From Octopus vulgaris (lineage: Eukaryota): a DNA stretch of 64,000 nucleotides. Under the pieces are notes generated by a model that did not search any database, was not told the DNA's origin, and was given only the letters and a program-made list of their open reading frames with translations. The stretch is taken from contig OX597838.1 of NCBI GenBank assembly GCA_951406725.2, positions 3,100,001-3,164,000 on the forward strand, read 5' to 3'. Each line of letters begins with the position of its first letter. The stretch's first letter is position 1. The position numbers and the translations under genes are program-made. Shown one piece after another: positions 41,886 to 53,870 of this stretch.

Positions 41886-42109
41886 TTTCTCTCAATCGCT
41901 ATCTCTGTAGAATACAGAAAAGTTTTAAAAAGGGGTATTTTTCGTTTTCTTTGCCCTTAATTTGTGAAAATGTAATTGATTTTGCTTAAACTTTTGTCTG
42001 TTGCAGTTTGAAAGGTTCACCAAAAAAAAATAAAATTTCTTCAAAAAAATCGATTGTTACGTCGTCAAGTAAAGAGTTTAAAGTGTTTTCAGAAAATGTC
42101 AGTTGAGAC

Positions 42110-42165
42110 AAGAGACGTCATGTGACCAATGAGACGTGAAATGACCAATGAAAAACGTGGATTTG
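42110..42165 (-). promoter_or_regulatory. Candidate promoter of the nested PCED1-like gene
   Basis: Two TGACCAATGA (CCAAT/NF-Y) boxes at 42126 and 42145, each followed by ACGTG, plus GACGTCA (CRE-like) at 42114-42120, about 230-270 bp upstream of the ATG. Confidence 0.5.
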
Positions 42166-44287
42166 AATCGCTAAAAAAAGCGTCGCTCAGCGACACATTT
42201 ACACATACGAGAGTTGTCTCCCTTGCAGAGTTACTTCCCTTCGCCAAGTGACATAGCAAAGGAGGAAGGGCAATCTTATGTGGTTCGTTGCTGAGCTGCT
42301 AGAAATAGAAGTCACATGTGCTTTAAATCACATGCAACTGTTTTAAAAACGAAGGACACGTTAAGTAATAGTCCTGGAAAGTCTTTGATATTAGGCCTGC
42401 TTAATCAGAATTGACCAACGACTAAAACCAACAGGGGAATCTTTTATGTGGATACTCAGCCAAATTACAAGAAATAGAAGCTAAATCTTCCTAAAATTGT
42501 AATTTGTCTAAAAAAAAAAGAAGATTGCTTTTGATAACGTAATTCGGGACACACCATACCTTGATGGTCTCAAAGAAAAAAAGAGATGGTGACAACTGGA
42601 AAGTCTTTCATATATCTGCTTTGGAATCGACCTTATTTTATTAAACAACAACTATATTTAAACCAAGCCTCGAAGTAGTTCCGATACAAGCTAGAAATAA
42701 CAGCCAAACCTCTCGGACTTTAGACTCCCACAAAGGATACATGCAACAGCGCAATCTATTAGCTATAGGCATACGTATACAAGTGTGTCCCACCCCCTTT
42801 AAAACAACTTTGTTTCCTCATAACTTCTAGAAAAATGGATATTTTTAAAGAAATTTCCTACAAATAAGCTTCAGAGCGTGTAGATCCCGGTTGCGTTGGA
42901 ATTTGTGTTGGAAAGTTTTTCCGGACGTGGGGGTGAGGAGTTTCGGAAAATGCGCACGAGTCGACTTTGTTTCCTCATAACTTTCAGAAAAATGGGTATC
43001 TTTTTACGAAATTTTCTACAAGAGTGAATGTGTGGTAAGAAGCACACACACACACGCCCACCGCAATCCTCTCGGATTCCATTATTTTCAACTATTCCCT
43101 CTGAATAAAACTATTCCATATTTTTAAGTATAGCATTTTTTTTTCTGTAAATTATTTTCTTGCTCAAAAAAATTGCAGTTTTTAGTTCCAGCCATTTGGG
43201 GGTCAACTTTCCTTTTCCTCTTTTCACCATCACCATCATTGTCATTTAACATTCATTTTCCATGCTAGCATGGCTTCATTATCATCATCATCATCATCAG
43301 AGCAAGTTTCATTTTTGTCACCTCTCACTTGCAATATCTTCTCCATGTTCTACCAATCACAACTCTAATTAATAGAGTAATTAACAGATGTTATTGCCAG
43401 AGAAATGATACAAGCAAACTCAAAGACACGGGTGTTGTTGACAGATAAAAGAAACCATTATTATTTTTATTATTATTATTATTATTGAGTAAGAGAGCAG
43501 AGTATGCCATCAAAGTGACACTGGGGTAAAATATACGAAGCCCAGTATACCCATCATGACTACACCAGGCATATACATCACAACCATATGTGCGCGACAT
43601 GGTGATCTCATATCAAGATAAACAGCGCATGACCTTGCAGGTGAGGCGCAGTTAGAATTTTCTTCTGGTTGAGTAGCCCATCCCGTTCAAAAGGTCCCTA
43701 AATAAGGGTTGTTTAAGGATGTTGAACAAACCACCCATATTTTCAAAAGTGAAGTATCCAAACCTTATAAGGATTCCTTTCAACACACGGCTATGATGCT
43801 CCCCACTACTTCTACTCATGATCAGAGATGCACATATCGTCAGCCACTAAGGGACATGCTCAACTGGTTACGGTCAAACAACTGACAAGCAAATCTGTGG
43901 TATTGAGCAGAATATTTGCTGTAGCCCATTTTTTATACCAAGACAAAACAATGTACATGATAACACTTAAGCTATGATGCTCCCCCAATTATTATTATTA
44001 TTATTTTAAGGCAACGAGCTGGCAGAATCGTTAGGACGCCATGTGAAATGCTTAGCGGCATAATTAAATCATTAATCTTTACAGTTGGATGAATTTTAAT
44101 TTAACCCTGCAGTTAGATCAATTGGAACGTTGCAGAGTTGTGCGCCTTGTTACACTCCACCAAATTGTGGAAAGTTGAAGTTAAGTGTCTTTTATTTGTT
44201 TCCGCCATTGGACTGCGGCCATGCAGGGGCAATGCCTTGAAGAATTTTTAATTGAATGAACCGGCCCCAGTACATACACACACACAT

Positions 44288-45010
44288 ATAACCCATGAAT
44301 TGTCGTGTGGTATGAGAGATGAATATACGTATATTTAACCAGTTGACATCCTTAGGCTTACGGCCGTTTCACATCCTCCTTCATACAATAATAATCTCAG
44401 TGTGGAAGCATTAATAAGCATGTTACTTGTACTTGTGGCGACATTCACCCTGGGTGGGTTGAGTCGGCTTCTTCTACTCATGGAAGAAGTTTCGTGGGAA
44501 TATGTGGATTTCACAAGTGGTCCCCAACAATCCCGCATGTGGAGACATCCTGTTTGCCACAGATTGTCCGCAGACACAGGGACAGAACAACCGAGGAGCC
44601 GACGGTTGCCGAAGCAGACACTCCGAGGATTTTCACCAGAGCCCCGTCTGCCGGGTTGTGTCCGTAATAACACTCAGTGTCAGACCAATCCGCCTTGGGT
44701 GGCCCGAAGTTCCCGATGGCATAGCTCTGACACTACCCGTTGCCAGCGTTCCCACCACGGTGAGGAGAGGATGGGCTTTGGGCACGCATAAGCATGTTAG
44801 GCATTATACAACACAACTGTAGATTCACAAATCAATGCAAATAAAAAAAAAAGGCTCATCAGATCACCAGAACACTAACGATTCCACTCTGAATCACTAA
44901 TTACTTCTAATATGAAGAAGGCTGTGAAATGGCCATAAACCTGAGGATGTCAAATGGTTAATTAAACATATTCACCTCTCTGACCTCCTGACATTTTATG
45001 GCTTATATAA
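44288..45010. repeat. Fold-back element with ~105-bp degenerate inverted arms (Penelope-like inverted pLTR?)
   Basis: 44288-44390 pairs with ~44905-45010 (e.g. TTAACCAGTTGACATCCTTAGG / CCTGAGGATGTCAAATGGTTAA). Confidence 0.7.
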
Positions 45011-45787
45011 CCCTCATGGGGCAATTTCATCAATCAGAACTTCTGGACTTCAGCTGTATGAACACTCTGCTTTACATTTCTCAGTATTGGATTACTACTC
45101 TATGGTGTGATAGCCAAATCCATTAGAAGAGCTTTCTGTGAATCCTTATCTTGGACAACAAATGTGTATATATATAAATATATCATCATCATCATCATCA
45201 TTTAACGACTGCTTTCCATACTAGCATGGGTTGGACGGTTCGACCAGGGTCTGGGGAACCACAAGGCTGCACCAGGCTCCAGTCTGATCTGGCAGTGTTT
45301 CTACAACTGGATGCCCTTCCTAACGCCAACCACTCTGTGAGTGTAGTGGGTGCTTTTTATGTGCCAGGGGAGGCTGGCAGCGTCCATGATCGGTTGGTGC
45401 TTTTTATGTGCCACCAGCACAGAAGCCAGTCAAGGCGGCGCTGGCATCGGCCACGTTCGGATATACATACATACCTACATACATATATATATATGTGCGT
45501 GTATGTATGTACACATGTGTGTGTGTGTGCATGTATACCAGCAGATTGGAAGATGTATGAGAGTGTAGCAAAGTTCAGATCAGACAACCTAATTACCTCT
45601 TTTTCGAGATTTTCTCTGCAGGCTTTGACCAACAGATGTTCAGACTGGACAACAAATGCATCAATATTGTCTCTTTGAGAAAAAGGGGCAGCAAAGATCA
45701 CACACCCATTCTGCCACCCCTCCAATCCTGGCTACTTTATAAGAAAAAGACAAAAACAAAACATCAAAACGGTACAATTAAACGTAC

Positions 45788-45997
45788 CTGCTTCCTCCGT
45801 CCTGATTGGGAATCTACGAACGGAGACATGTCGATCTGTTTGGTCAGAAATTCCTCCTCTTCAGCACTGACAAACTCTTCTTTCAAGAAGATCCCAGGAT
45901 ACTCCATTGATGTTCCTTCATGATCCGGGTGTTGGTTCTGTGGCTCCTGCTCTACCCAAGCTTTCTGACATTTGTTACAATACAGATATGTGCTAAT
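45788..45997 (-). CDS. ALKBH4: ALKBH4 coding exon 2 of 3
   Basis: Acceptor tttgtag and donor CAG|GTACGT; 210 nt, phase 0/0. Translates ISTYLYCNKCQKAW...YPGIFLKEEFVSAEEEEFL...SQSGRRKQ and joins exon 3 to give the conserved SQSGRRKQDYGPKVNFKK. Missed by the ORF track. Confidence 0.93.
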
Positions 45998-46397
45998 CTA
46001 CAAATATACATACATTTATTCATAAATACACACGCACACACATATTTACACATAAAGAGATAGATAAATACATAAGTATATTATGCACACACACACACAC
46101 AGGTTGGCTGGTTCGACTGGGATCTGGGAAGCCAAGAGGTTGCACCAGGCCCCAATCTGATCTGTAGAAACATTGCCAAATTAGATTGGGGCCTGGTGCA
46201 GCCTCCTGGCTTCCCAGACCCCAGTCGGACTGTCCAACCCATGCCAGCATGGAAAATGATGATGATGATGATATATTTATAAATAAAATATAAGGGTAAT
46301 ATCTATATAAGATTTCATCAAGTAGCCAGCGTGCAAAACCAATTAAGGAAAAATAAATACAAAGTATATAATTTATTTCCTTATATATAAAATACAA

Positions 46398-46772
46398 TAT
46401 TATATCAAGGGCTACTTCTATAAGTAAAGTCACACGCTGTAAGGGGCTTCTAAAGTCAAACTACTTCAACAAATATCCACACGCACTGAATTCGAGGGAA
46501 TGAACAGAGAAGAAATTCCTTTAAAAAAAGGTTTAGTTGTATATCATTAATTTCATGGGCAGCATGTGTAACATGCTCTCCATTCATCAGTACGTACATA
46601 ACCAGGGAAATATAAATATAAACATCTATATACATACCATGGGAACACATGGAATTTCTCCTCTGTTCATTCCCTCGAATTCAGTGTGTGTGTATATATG
46701 TTGAAGTAGTTTGACTTTAGAGGCCTCTTACAGGGTGTGACTTTACTTATAGTAATAGCCCTTGATATAATA
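46398..46772. repeat. Fold-back element with ~122-bp inverted arms
   Basis: 46398-46519 is a close reverse complement (few mismatches) of 46651-46772. Confidence 0.9.
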
Positions 46773-49700
46773 ATAATAATATATCATCATCGTTTAACAT
46801 CCGTTTTTCATGCTAGCATGGGTTGGACGGTTCAACCAGGGTCTGGGAAGCCTGGAGGCTGCGTCAGGCTCCAGTCTGATTTGGCAGAGTTTCTACGGCT
46901 GGATGCCCTTCTTAACACCAACCACTCTGTGAATGTAGTGGGTGCTTTTTACTTGTTACGGACACGGACGCCAGTCAGGCGGCGCTGGCATCGGCCACGT
47001 TCGGAAGGTGTTTTTATGTGCCACCGGCATGGGTATCTTAACTACAATATATATATATACACACACACACACATGAAGGTGCATGGCCCAGTGGTGAGGC
47101 TTGTTGTACTCATAATCATGAGATCAAGGTTTCAGTTCCCAGACCAGTTGTGCATCGTGTTCTTAAGCAAAACACTTCATTACTCACATTACTCCAGTCT
47201 ACTCAGCTGTAAAGGGATTGCCCTGAACCGGTGTAGCCTTCCGGTCACCTCATGTTGATAGGAAATCCCTGTTACCTACGAAACCTTAATTAGCGGAGAG
47301 TAAATACTCTCAATGTTAGTTCCTGTACTGATACCTTGGTCTGAGATGGAAAGGATCCAGGGATTTCAGACAGAGTAAGGAAGAAGGGTTTTGGGGGCTA
47401 GAAATATGTATGATGGAATTGACCTTAAATCCAATGTATGGTCATCCGTTGGGGTGATAAGGATCATCTGGTCCGCCTAAAGACTGATTGATCCCTTGTG
47501 CTTTGACTTTGATTAAAATGAAGAAGAGTTACACACCATCAACCTCACTCACTCTTTCATGACCATCTTCAATCGAGTGGCAAGACCAGGTCAAGATGAC
47601 TGAGGATGAAGACGGAAGCAGTGGATGATCAAGCTGATCCATTTTGTTCGCTGCACCCCACAATGCGTTACTGTGACCACTTTCCCCGCCATTGAGCCAT
47701 GAGCTAATTAAACCATATCTGGGACGCTGATAGGTGCCACTACTCAGGGTCAGAATAGACCTGGGAACAATGGTAGCTAAGGGATGTCCCACGTTCTTAG
47801 AAATCCCTGGAACTCCTGAACAAGTCTTCCCTTAACCAGACGCAGATGAAAGTCAACAAACCCACGACTCAACCAATAAATTCATATAAAATACACAAAG
47901 AACAACAACACAAATAAATTAAATTATTTATATTAAAAAATACACATGTTGTTGTTGTTGACTGTGACAAGTCAGAGTATCAAGACGGAGTAATTCACAC
48001 ACAGCAGTCACCATGGCAATTGCTGTTTAGCAAATGGATAATCTAGTTTTACACAGTTACCTCCCTTCAATTACATCAAATACATTAAGGATACTTTTTT
48101 TTTTCTTTATACCTATTTCTTTATTACCCACAAGGTAAACATAGAGGGAACAAACAAGGACAGACATAGGTATTAAGTCGATTACATCGACCCCAGTGCG
48201 TAACTGGTACTTAATTTATCGACCCCGAAAGGATAAAAGGCAAAGTCGACCTCGGCGGAATTTGAACTCAGAACGTAATGGCAGGCGAAATACGGCTAAG
48301 CATTTCGCCCGACGTGCTAACGGTTCTGCCAGCTCGCCGCCTGTTTTATACTGAATCATACTGTTCATCAAAAGACGAGTGTCTTTTCATGAACTGTATG
48401 GTTGAGAGTCAAACTTGTTAATCCCTAATCCCTAGCTATATCTATACCCATCAAAAAATATCTACATCACACAAAAATTAGTAAAACTAGATATATGTAC
48501 ATATGTATGTATATGTGTATGTGTATCTTTGTGTGTGTTTGTCCCCACACCACTGCTTGACGAGTGGTGTTGGAGTGTACATGTCCCCGTGACTTAGCGG
48601 TTCAGCAAAAGAGATCGATAGAATAACTTCTAGGCATAAAAAGAAAATAAGTACTGAGGTTGATTTATTCAGATAAAAGCCTTGTTGGTGGATTTGGTAA
48701 ACAGAAACCGAAAGAAACCCATCGAGCGCGCGCGTGCGTGTCCACCAGCACTGCTTGGTAACCGGTGTTGGTGTGTTTACGTCCCCCTAATTTAGCGGTC
48801 CGGCAAAATAGACCAAGAGAAAAAAATACTGGGCTTTAAAAAAAATGTCCTGGGATCGATTTATTCGACTAAAACTTCTTGAAGGCGGTGCCCCAGCATG
48901 GCCGCAATCAAATGATTGGAACATGTAAAAGAGAAAGGATAGAAAGCCTTCAGTTTTATTATAAAATTCTTTTTAGCTTTGGCGAGTGGAAAGGAAGACA
49001 TTCCAGCCGTGAACATCCCGTCTTTTAATGAGAGACTACATTTTCTGAGATTTGGCTACGGTTACCCTTAGGTAACTTCTGTAATTATTGCAATAACATC
49101 TAAGATTCGGTTATTTAAATATTAAATCGACCTCAAGAGTCTCTAGGTTTCGAAAGGGTCTCAGAACAAGTGCGTTGATCGCAGCAGCAGAAACATCACG
49201 AAATCCACATCAATATATAAAAATAGGGTTCTCTAAGGATGTTCAGTTTGAGTAAATATCCGCAAATAGCTTTAGGTCCCGAAAGATGTTAGGCATCATT
49301 ACATCCTTAGCACGATTCGAACCCTCACCCATAAAAGAAGGAAATGATACTGGTCGATAACCCACACGGCCACCGCACATCACACTAATCAACGGTCCAA
49401 TATAACGTATTTATTCCTACATACATTACTAGTTGTATATAAATTACAACCGGGGTTTTTTTTTATGTGTTTACATATGGTCGGATGTGTATATATATAT
49501 ATATTTATTTATCTATTTTTTGTAATATTAACGTTCAGCAATGTCACGATACCACGTGGAGGTACAAGGCTTTGGTTTTCCGGGGTTTTTTTTTCTTTTC
49601 GCTTATTTTCGGAAATGTTTTGGGTAAGAACGAGTTTAGAAATACGAAAATAATAATTCTGAAAAATAATAAAATTTTATTTCAGAACTTCTTTAATATT

Positions 49701-49920
49701 GCTCGCTTACAATAATTATCCACTTTCAATTGAATGCTGCCCTAATTACACACACACACGGTGTCCCAGCATGGCCGCGGCCTTCGGGCTAAAACATTTT
49801 AAAGGATTTTAAGGATATATCACAGATTTTAGCGTGATTACGATATACACGTTTCTACACGCTATATCTGCGAGTGTATAAAGATATATATACATACGTA
49901 TAGATATATAACAACAAACT

Positions 49921-50196
49921 CAGGTGCGCGTGTGTCGCGCATCCGCGCTAGCTAGTCGTAAGTAGTCGATCCTACAACGACTGTTTAACCTTAAACCTAA
50001 TTTTTTAACCCAAACCTTAGTTTGTTTATAAAAATAAGGAAATCAACGGAAATCTGTGCTACTACAACCGAAACTATGCCGATGCCAAAATAATTTATTT
50101 ACTTAATTTTAAAAATTATTTAGGATCGACTACTTACGACTAGCTAGCGCGGATGCGCGTGTGCGCACACCGGGACCACTGTTTGCTAGTAGTACC
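49921..50196 (+). mobile_element. Non-autonomous element with perfect 39-bp inverted repeat and 3' hairpin (Helentron/HINE-like)
   Basis: 49936-49974 is the exact reverse complement of 50121-50159. Internal AACCT(T)AA repeats; terminal imperfect hairpin GGGACCACT...AGTAGTACC. A second copy of the right end is at ~35289-35359. Confidence 0.6.
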
Positions 50197-50498
50197 CGTA
50201 ATCCGTGTTTAAGGCGGATGAAATCAGGATTTTAAAAAAATATTCCTCGAAACAAAACTAGAAGAAAACTGTAGACGAAATAATGCTAGATTTCACTTCC
50301 GCCGGACCGAAACCGAACACTGTCCGGTTTGGAACATCTTACAAAGGAAGAACGATTCTGTGACATCGTAGTCATCGTCTCTGTTCTCTCGAAGTCTAAG
50401 ACCTGACAATTATTTAAATATTCTTTAGATAAGGAGAATTGTCGGAAATAATGGATACATAAAACGGTGTCTTAACGTTTCTGTAATATAACAGCAGT

Positions 50499-50912
50499 AC
50501 TCTCTTTACTCTTTCACTTGTTTCAGTCATTTGACTGCGGCCATGCTGGAGCACCGCCTTTAGTCGAGCAAATCGACCCCGGGACTTATTCTTTGTAAGC
50601 CCAGTAATTATTCTATCGGTCTCTTTTGCCGAACCGCTAAGTGACGGGGACGTAAACACACCAGCATCGGTTGTCAAGCAATGCTAGGGGGACAAACACA
50701 CACAAACACACACACACATACATACATATATATATATATATACATATATATGATGGGCTATTTTCAGTTTCCGTCTACCAAATCCACTCACAAGGCATTG
50801 GTCGGCCCGGGGCTATAGCAGAAGACACTTGCACAAGGTGCAACGCAGTGGGACTGAACCCGGAACCATGTGGTTGGTTAGCAAGCTACTTACCACACAC
50901 CTACTCCTGCAC
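50499..50912 (-). mobile_element. tRNA-derived SINE family B (full-length copy)
   Basis: Head GG(C/T)GCAGGAGTGGCTGTGTGGTAAG...GGTTCAGTCCC, internal (TA)/(TG) microsatellite, 3' part ...GGCGGTGCTCCAGCATGGCCGCAGTCAAATGACTGAAAC. Other copies at 51634-52090(+), 56354-56520(+), 35590-35825(-), 60495-60645(-), 29580-29715(+). Confidence 0.85.
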
Positions 50913-51384
50913 CTATATATATATATATATATCATCATCGTTTAACGTCTGCTTTCCATGCCGATAACGAGGGAGCAGCCACCATATATATATACACCGT
51001 GGCCACAACAACCTGTGCAAATGACACCTGTTGTTGTTTACAGTAAATGACAAGATAAGTCTCTAGTAGTAGTCTGTAATGGTCTCTTTAGTAGTGGTCT
51101 AAAAAGGCAGGAAGAGGACATAGCATATATGGGTTTGGGGAGTGTAGAGGTCGGAGTGTATTGTTGAGTGACTTCACGGGAAATTAGGTGAGTGGCCTTT
51201 CTCAGCATATGCTCCAGGACAATCAGGGACAAGCTCTGGCCCAAGGGATTGATATTGGAAAGCTGGGGTCGTTTAAACCTGTTGCAGTGTCCAGCTTCAA
51301 TGAGAGAGAGAGAGAGAGGATGTTGGACTGATTAATTTCAGTTATAAAATTCTATGAGGATGCTCCCTAATCGCACACACGCAC

Positions 51385-51451
<67 letters not shown>

Positions 51452-51805
51452 CATAAGTCAAGGGGCCAACTTCTGACCTATGTATTCTGTGGCTCGCTTG
51501 TCAATAAATTCATACTGTAAGATCCCATTGCGTTGATTTACCCAGGGACCGACCCATAATGCTGCCAAAACCGATCCTACACACACACAGATATATACAT
51601 ATACTCGTCCCAATACAAATTTCTGGTCCTTGTAGGCGCAGGAGTGGCTGTGTGGTAAGTAGCTTGCTAACCAACCACATGGTTCCGGGTTCAGTCCCAC
51701 TGCGTTGCACCTTGTGCAAGTGTCTCCTACTATAGCCTCGGGCCGACCAAAGCCTTGTGAGTGGATTTGGTAGACGGAAACTGAAAGTAGCCCATCATAT
51801 ATATG

Positions 51806-51838
<33 letters not shown>

Positions 51839-53870
51839 GTGTGCGTGTGTTTGTCCCCCCTGTGTGGAACCTTGGGCAAGTGTCTTCTACTATAGCCTTG
51901 GGCTGACTAAAGCCTTGTGAGTGGATTTGGTAGACGGAAACTGGAAGAAACCCGTCATATATGTGTATATATATATATATGTATGTATGTGTATATGTTA
52001 GTGTGTCTGTGTTTGTCCCCGCTAACATCGCTTGACAACCGATACTGGTGTGTTTACGTCCTTATAATTTAGCAGTTCAGCAAAAAGAGACTACTAGGAC
52101 AGTGGCCATCCTGCGGGCTTCTTTCAGTTTCTTTCTACTAAATCCACTTACAAGGCTTTGGTCAGCCTGGTGCTATTGTAAAAGACACGTGCTATACAGT
52201 GGGACTGAACCTGGGACCATATGTATATCTCATCATCACCATTTAAAGTCTATTTTCCATGTTGGCAGGATCCGTCGGGCCTGAGGATTCCTTCTCTACT
52301 TCGGCATGGTTTCTACTGTAAGGGTCACACAAAGGAAGATAAAAAAAAAAGATCTTCAGTGGCTGGTGTTAAGATGGACATCAAGCTGTTGAAATCATAC
52401 CAAAGCAGATATCGCATCTCGAAGCAACCCTCTAGATTGTCAGATCTTGTCAAACTGACCAATTCATGTCAGCAAGGAACATGGACAATAAATGATGATG
52501 ATGATGATGATGGAGATGGTGATGGTGGCGCTGGTGAGCTCACACATTCTAAGGAATCTCGAGCAATTATAGAAGTAATTGCCCTCTATATTCTATGGTG
52601 CCCAAGGTAAATTGTTTTAAAACAAAAGTAATCTTCAAGGAATGAAAGAATTTCAACACAAGATTACATGTGTATTCTGTTTTCTTCATTAATATCAGAT
52701 TTTAATTAAAACAGTTGCCTAATTAACGCTCACACTATCAATGATACTAGCATCAATTAGGGGCAAGTTACTTGACAGACTCTTCCTCGGTTAACCCACA
52801 CAGAACTAAATAATGTTTGTCAACAACAATATGATGCTCCACCGATTCGAGTCTGCCAAACTTGTCGCACTTGTCTTTAAAACAGATCAATCTGAAAAAG
52901 GGGGCACAAGGTCATACATTTGTTTATTCGAGTGTGCGTATGAGAGAAAGAGTTGGCTGGATCGAATCCAATATTTCGCGGAGAGTTTATTTTATCGAAC
53001 CCGGAAGGATAAAAGGTAAACTCGATCTCGGTAGGAATCGAACTGAGAAAGCAGAGGTTCACCACAGAATACGGTAACACATTTTATCTGTTGTTCTACC
53101 GATTCTGTCATTCCATTATTACATATTGTAATTTTTACGATTTAGTAAAAGAACGGAGAGAAGCGCCCTTTAAGGCTTTTGATGGGTTTTGAGATTGAAA
53201 AGGAGTTGAAAAAAAAGGTAGTTATCTCCACAAGAAACGAGGCCCAAATACTTGCCAGAGAGTGGGATTCTGCTAAAAGATATTTCTTTATTGCCCACAA
53301 GGGGCTAAACATAGAGGGGACAAACAAGGACAGACAAGGGATAAAGTCGATTACATCTACCCAGTAAGTAACTGGTACTTAATTTATCGACCCCGAAGGG
53401 ATGAAAGGCAAAGTCGTGCTAAAAGAACCGAAGGTACCATATGACAACAGGTAGAGTCTGACTCGTCAGGCTTCTACACAGTTTCCGTCTTCCCAGTTAT
53501 ATAAACCCTTATATTTATCTACATATCAATTTATATTTTATTTTGTTTGCCTTTATAGTCGTTTCTTTCGTTTTTCATTCAAGAAAAATCGTGTTTGGCC
53601 GAGAGAGACATGGCATTTGAGTAAGCCTGGTGGGACTTCGTCCACTAACCTTAGGGAGGAGGAATAAAAACTTCGAAAACGAGACGTAAGTGGATGGAAT
53701 TAAATACTCAAAGACGTTTAACCCGGCTCTAAATCCTGTCCATCAAATCGGTGTTTTTTTTTTAAAAATAATAAATAACAAAACGGCGAGCGCCGGCACG
53801 AGGTTCGAACCAGGAACCTTCCCGGAGCGGTTTTATGAATTGTAGGAATGGTAACAATGTTTGTGTTTAC

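Noticed and set aside
41883-41906. In-frame ALKBH4-PCED1 fusion protein via the upstream acceptor
   Set aside because: The nearby AG options leave 19, 17 or 13 nt before the ATG, none a multiple of three, and the best acceptor gives an immediate stop.
53455-53480. Minus-strand CTGACGAGTC hammerhead-like start
   Set aside because: Lacks the GAAA motif and stem III.
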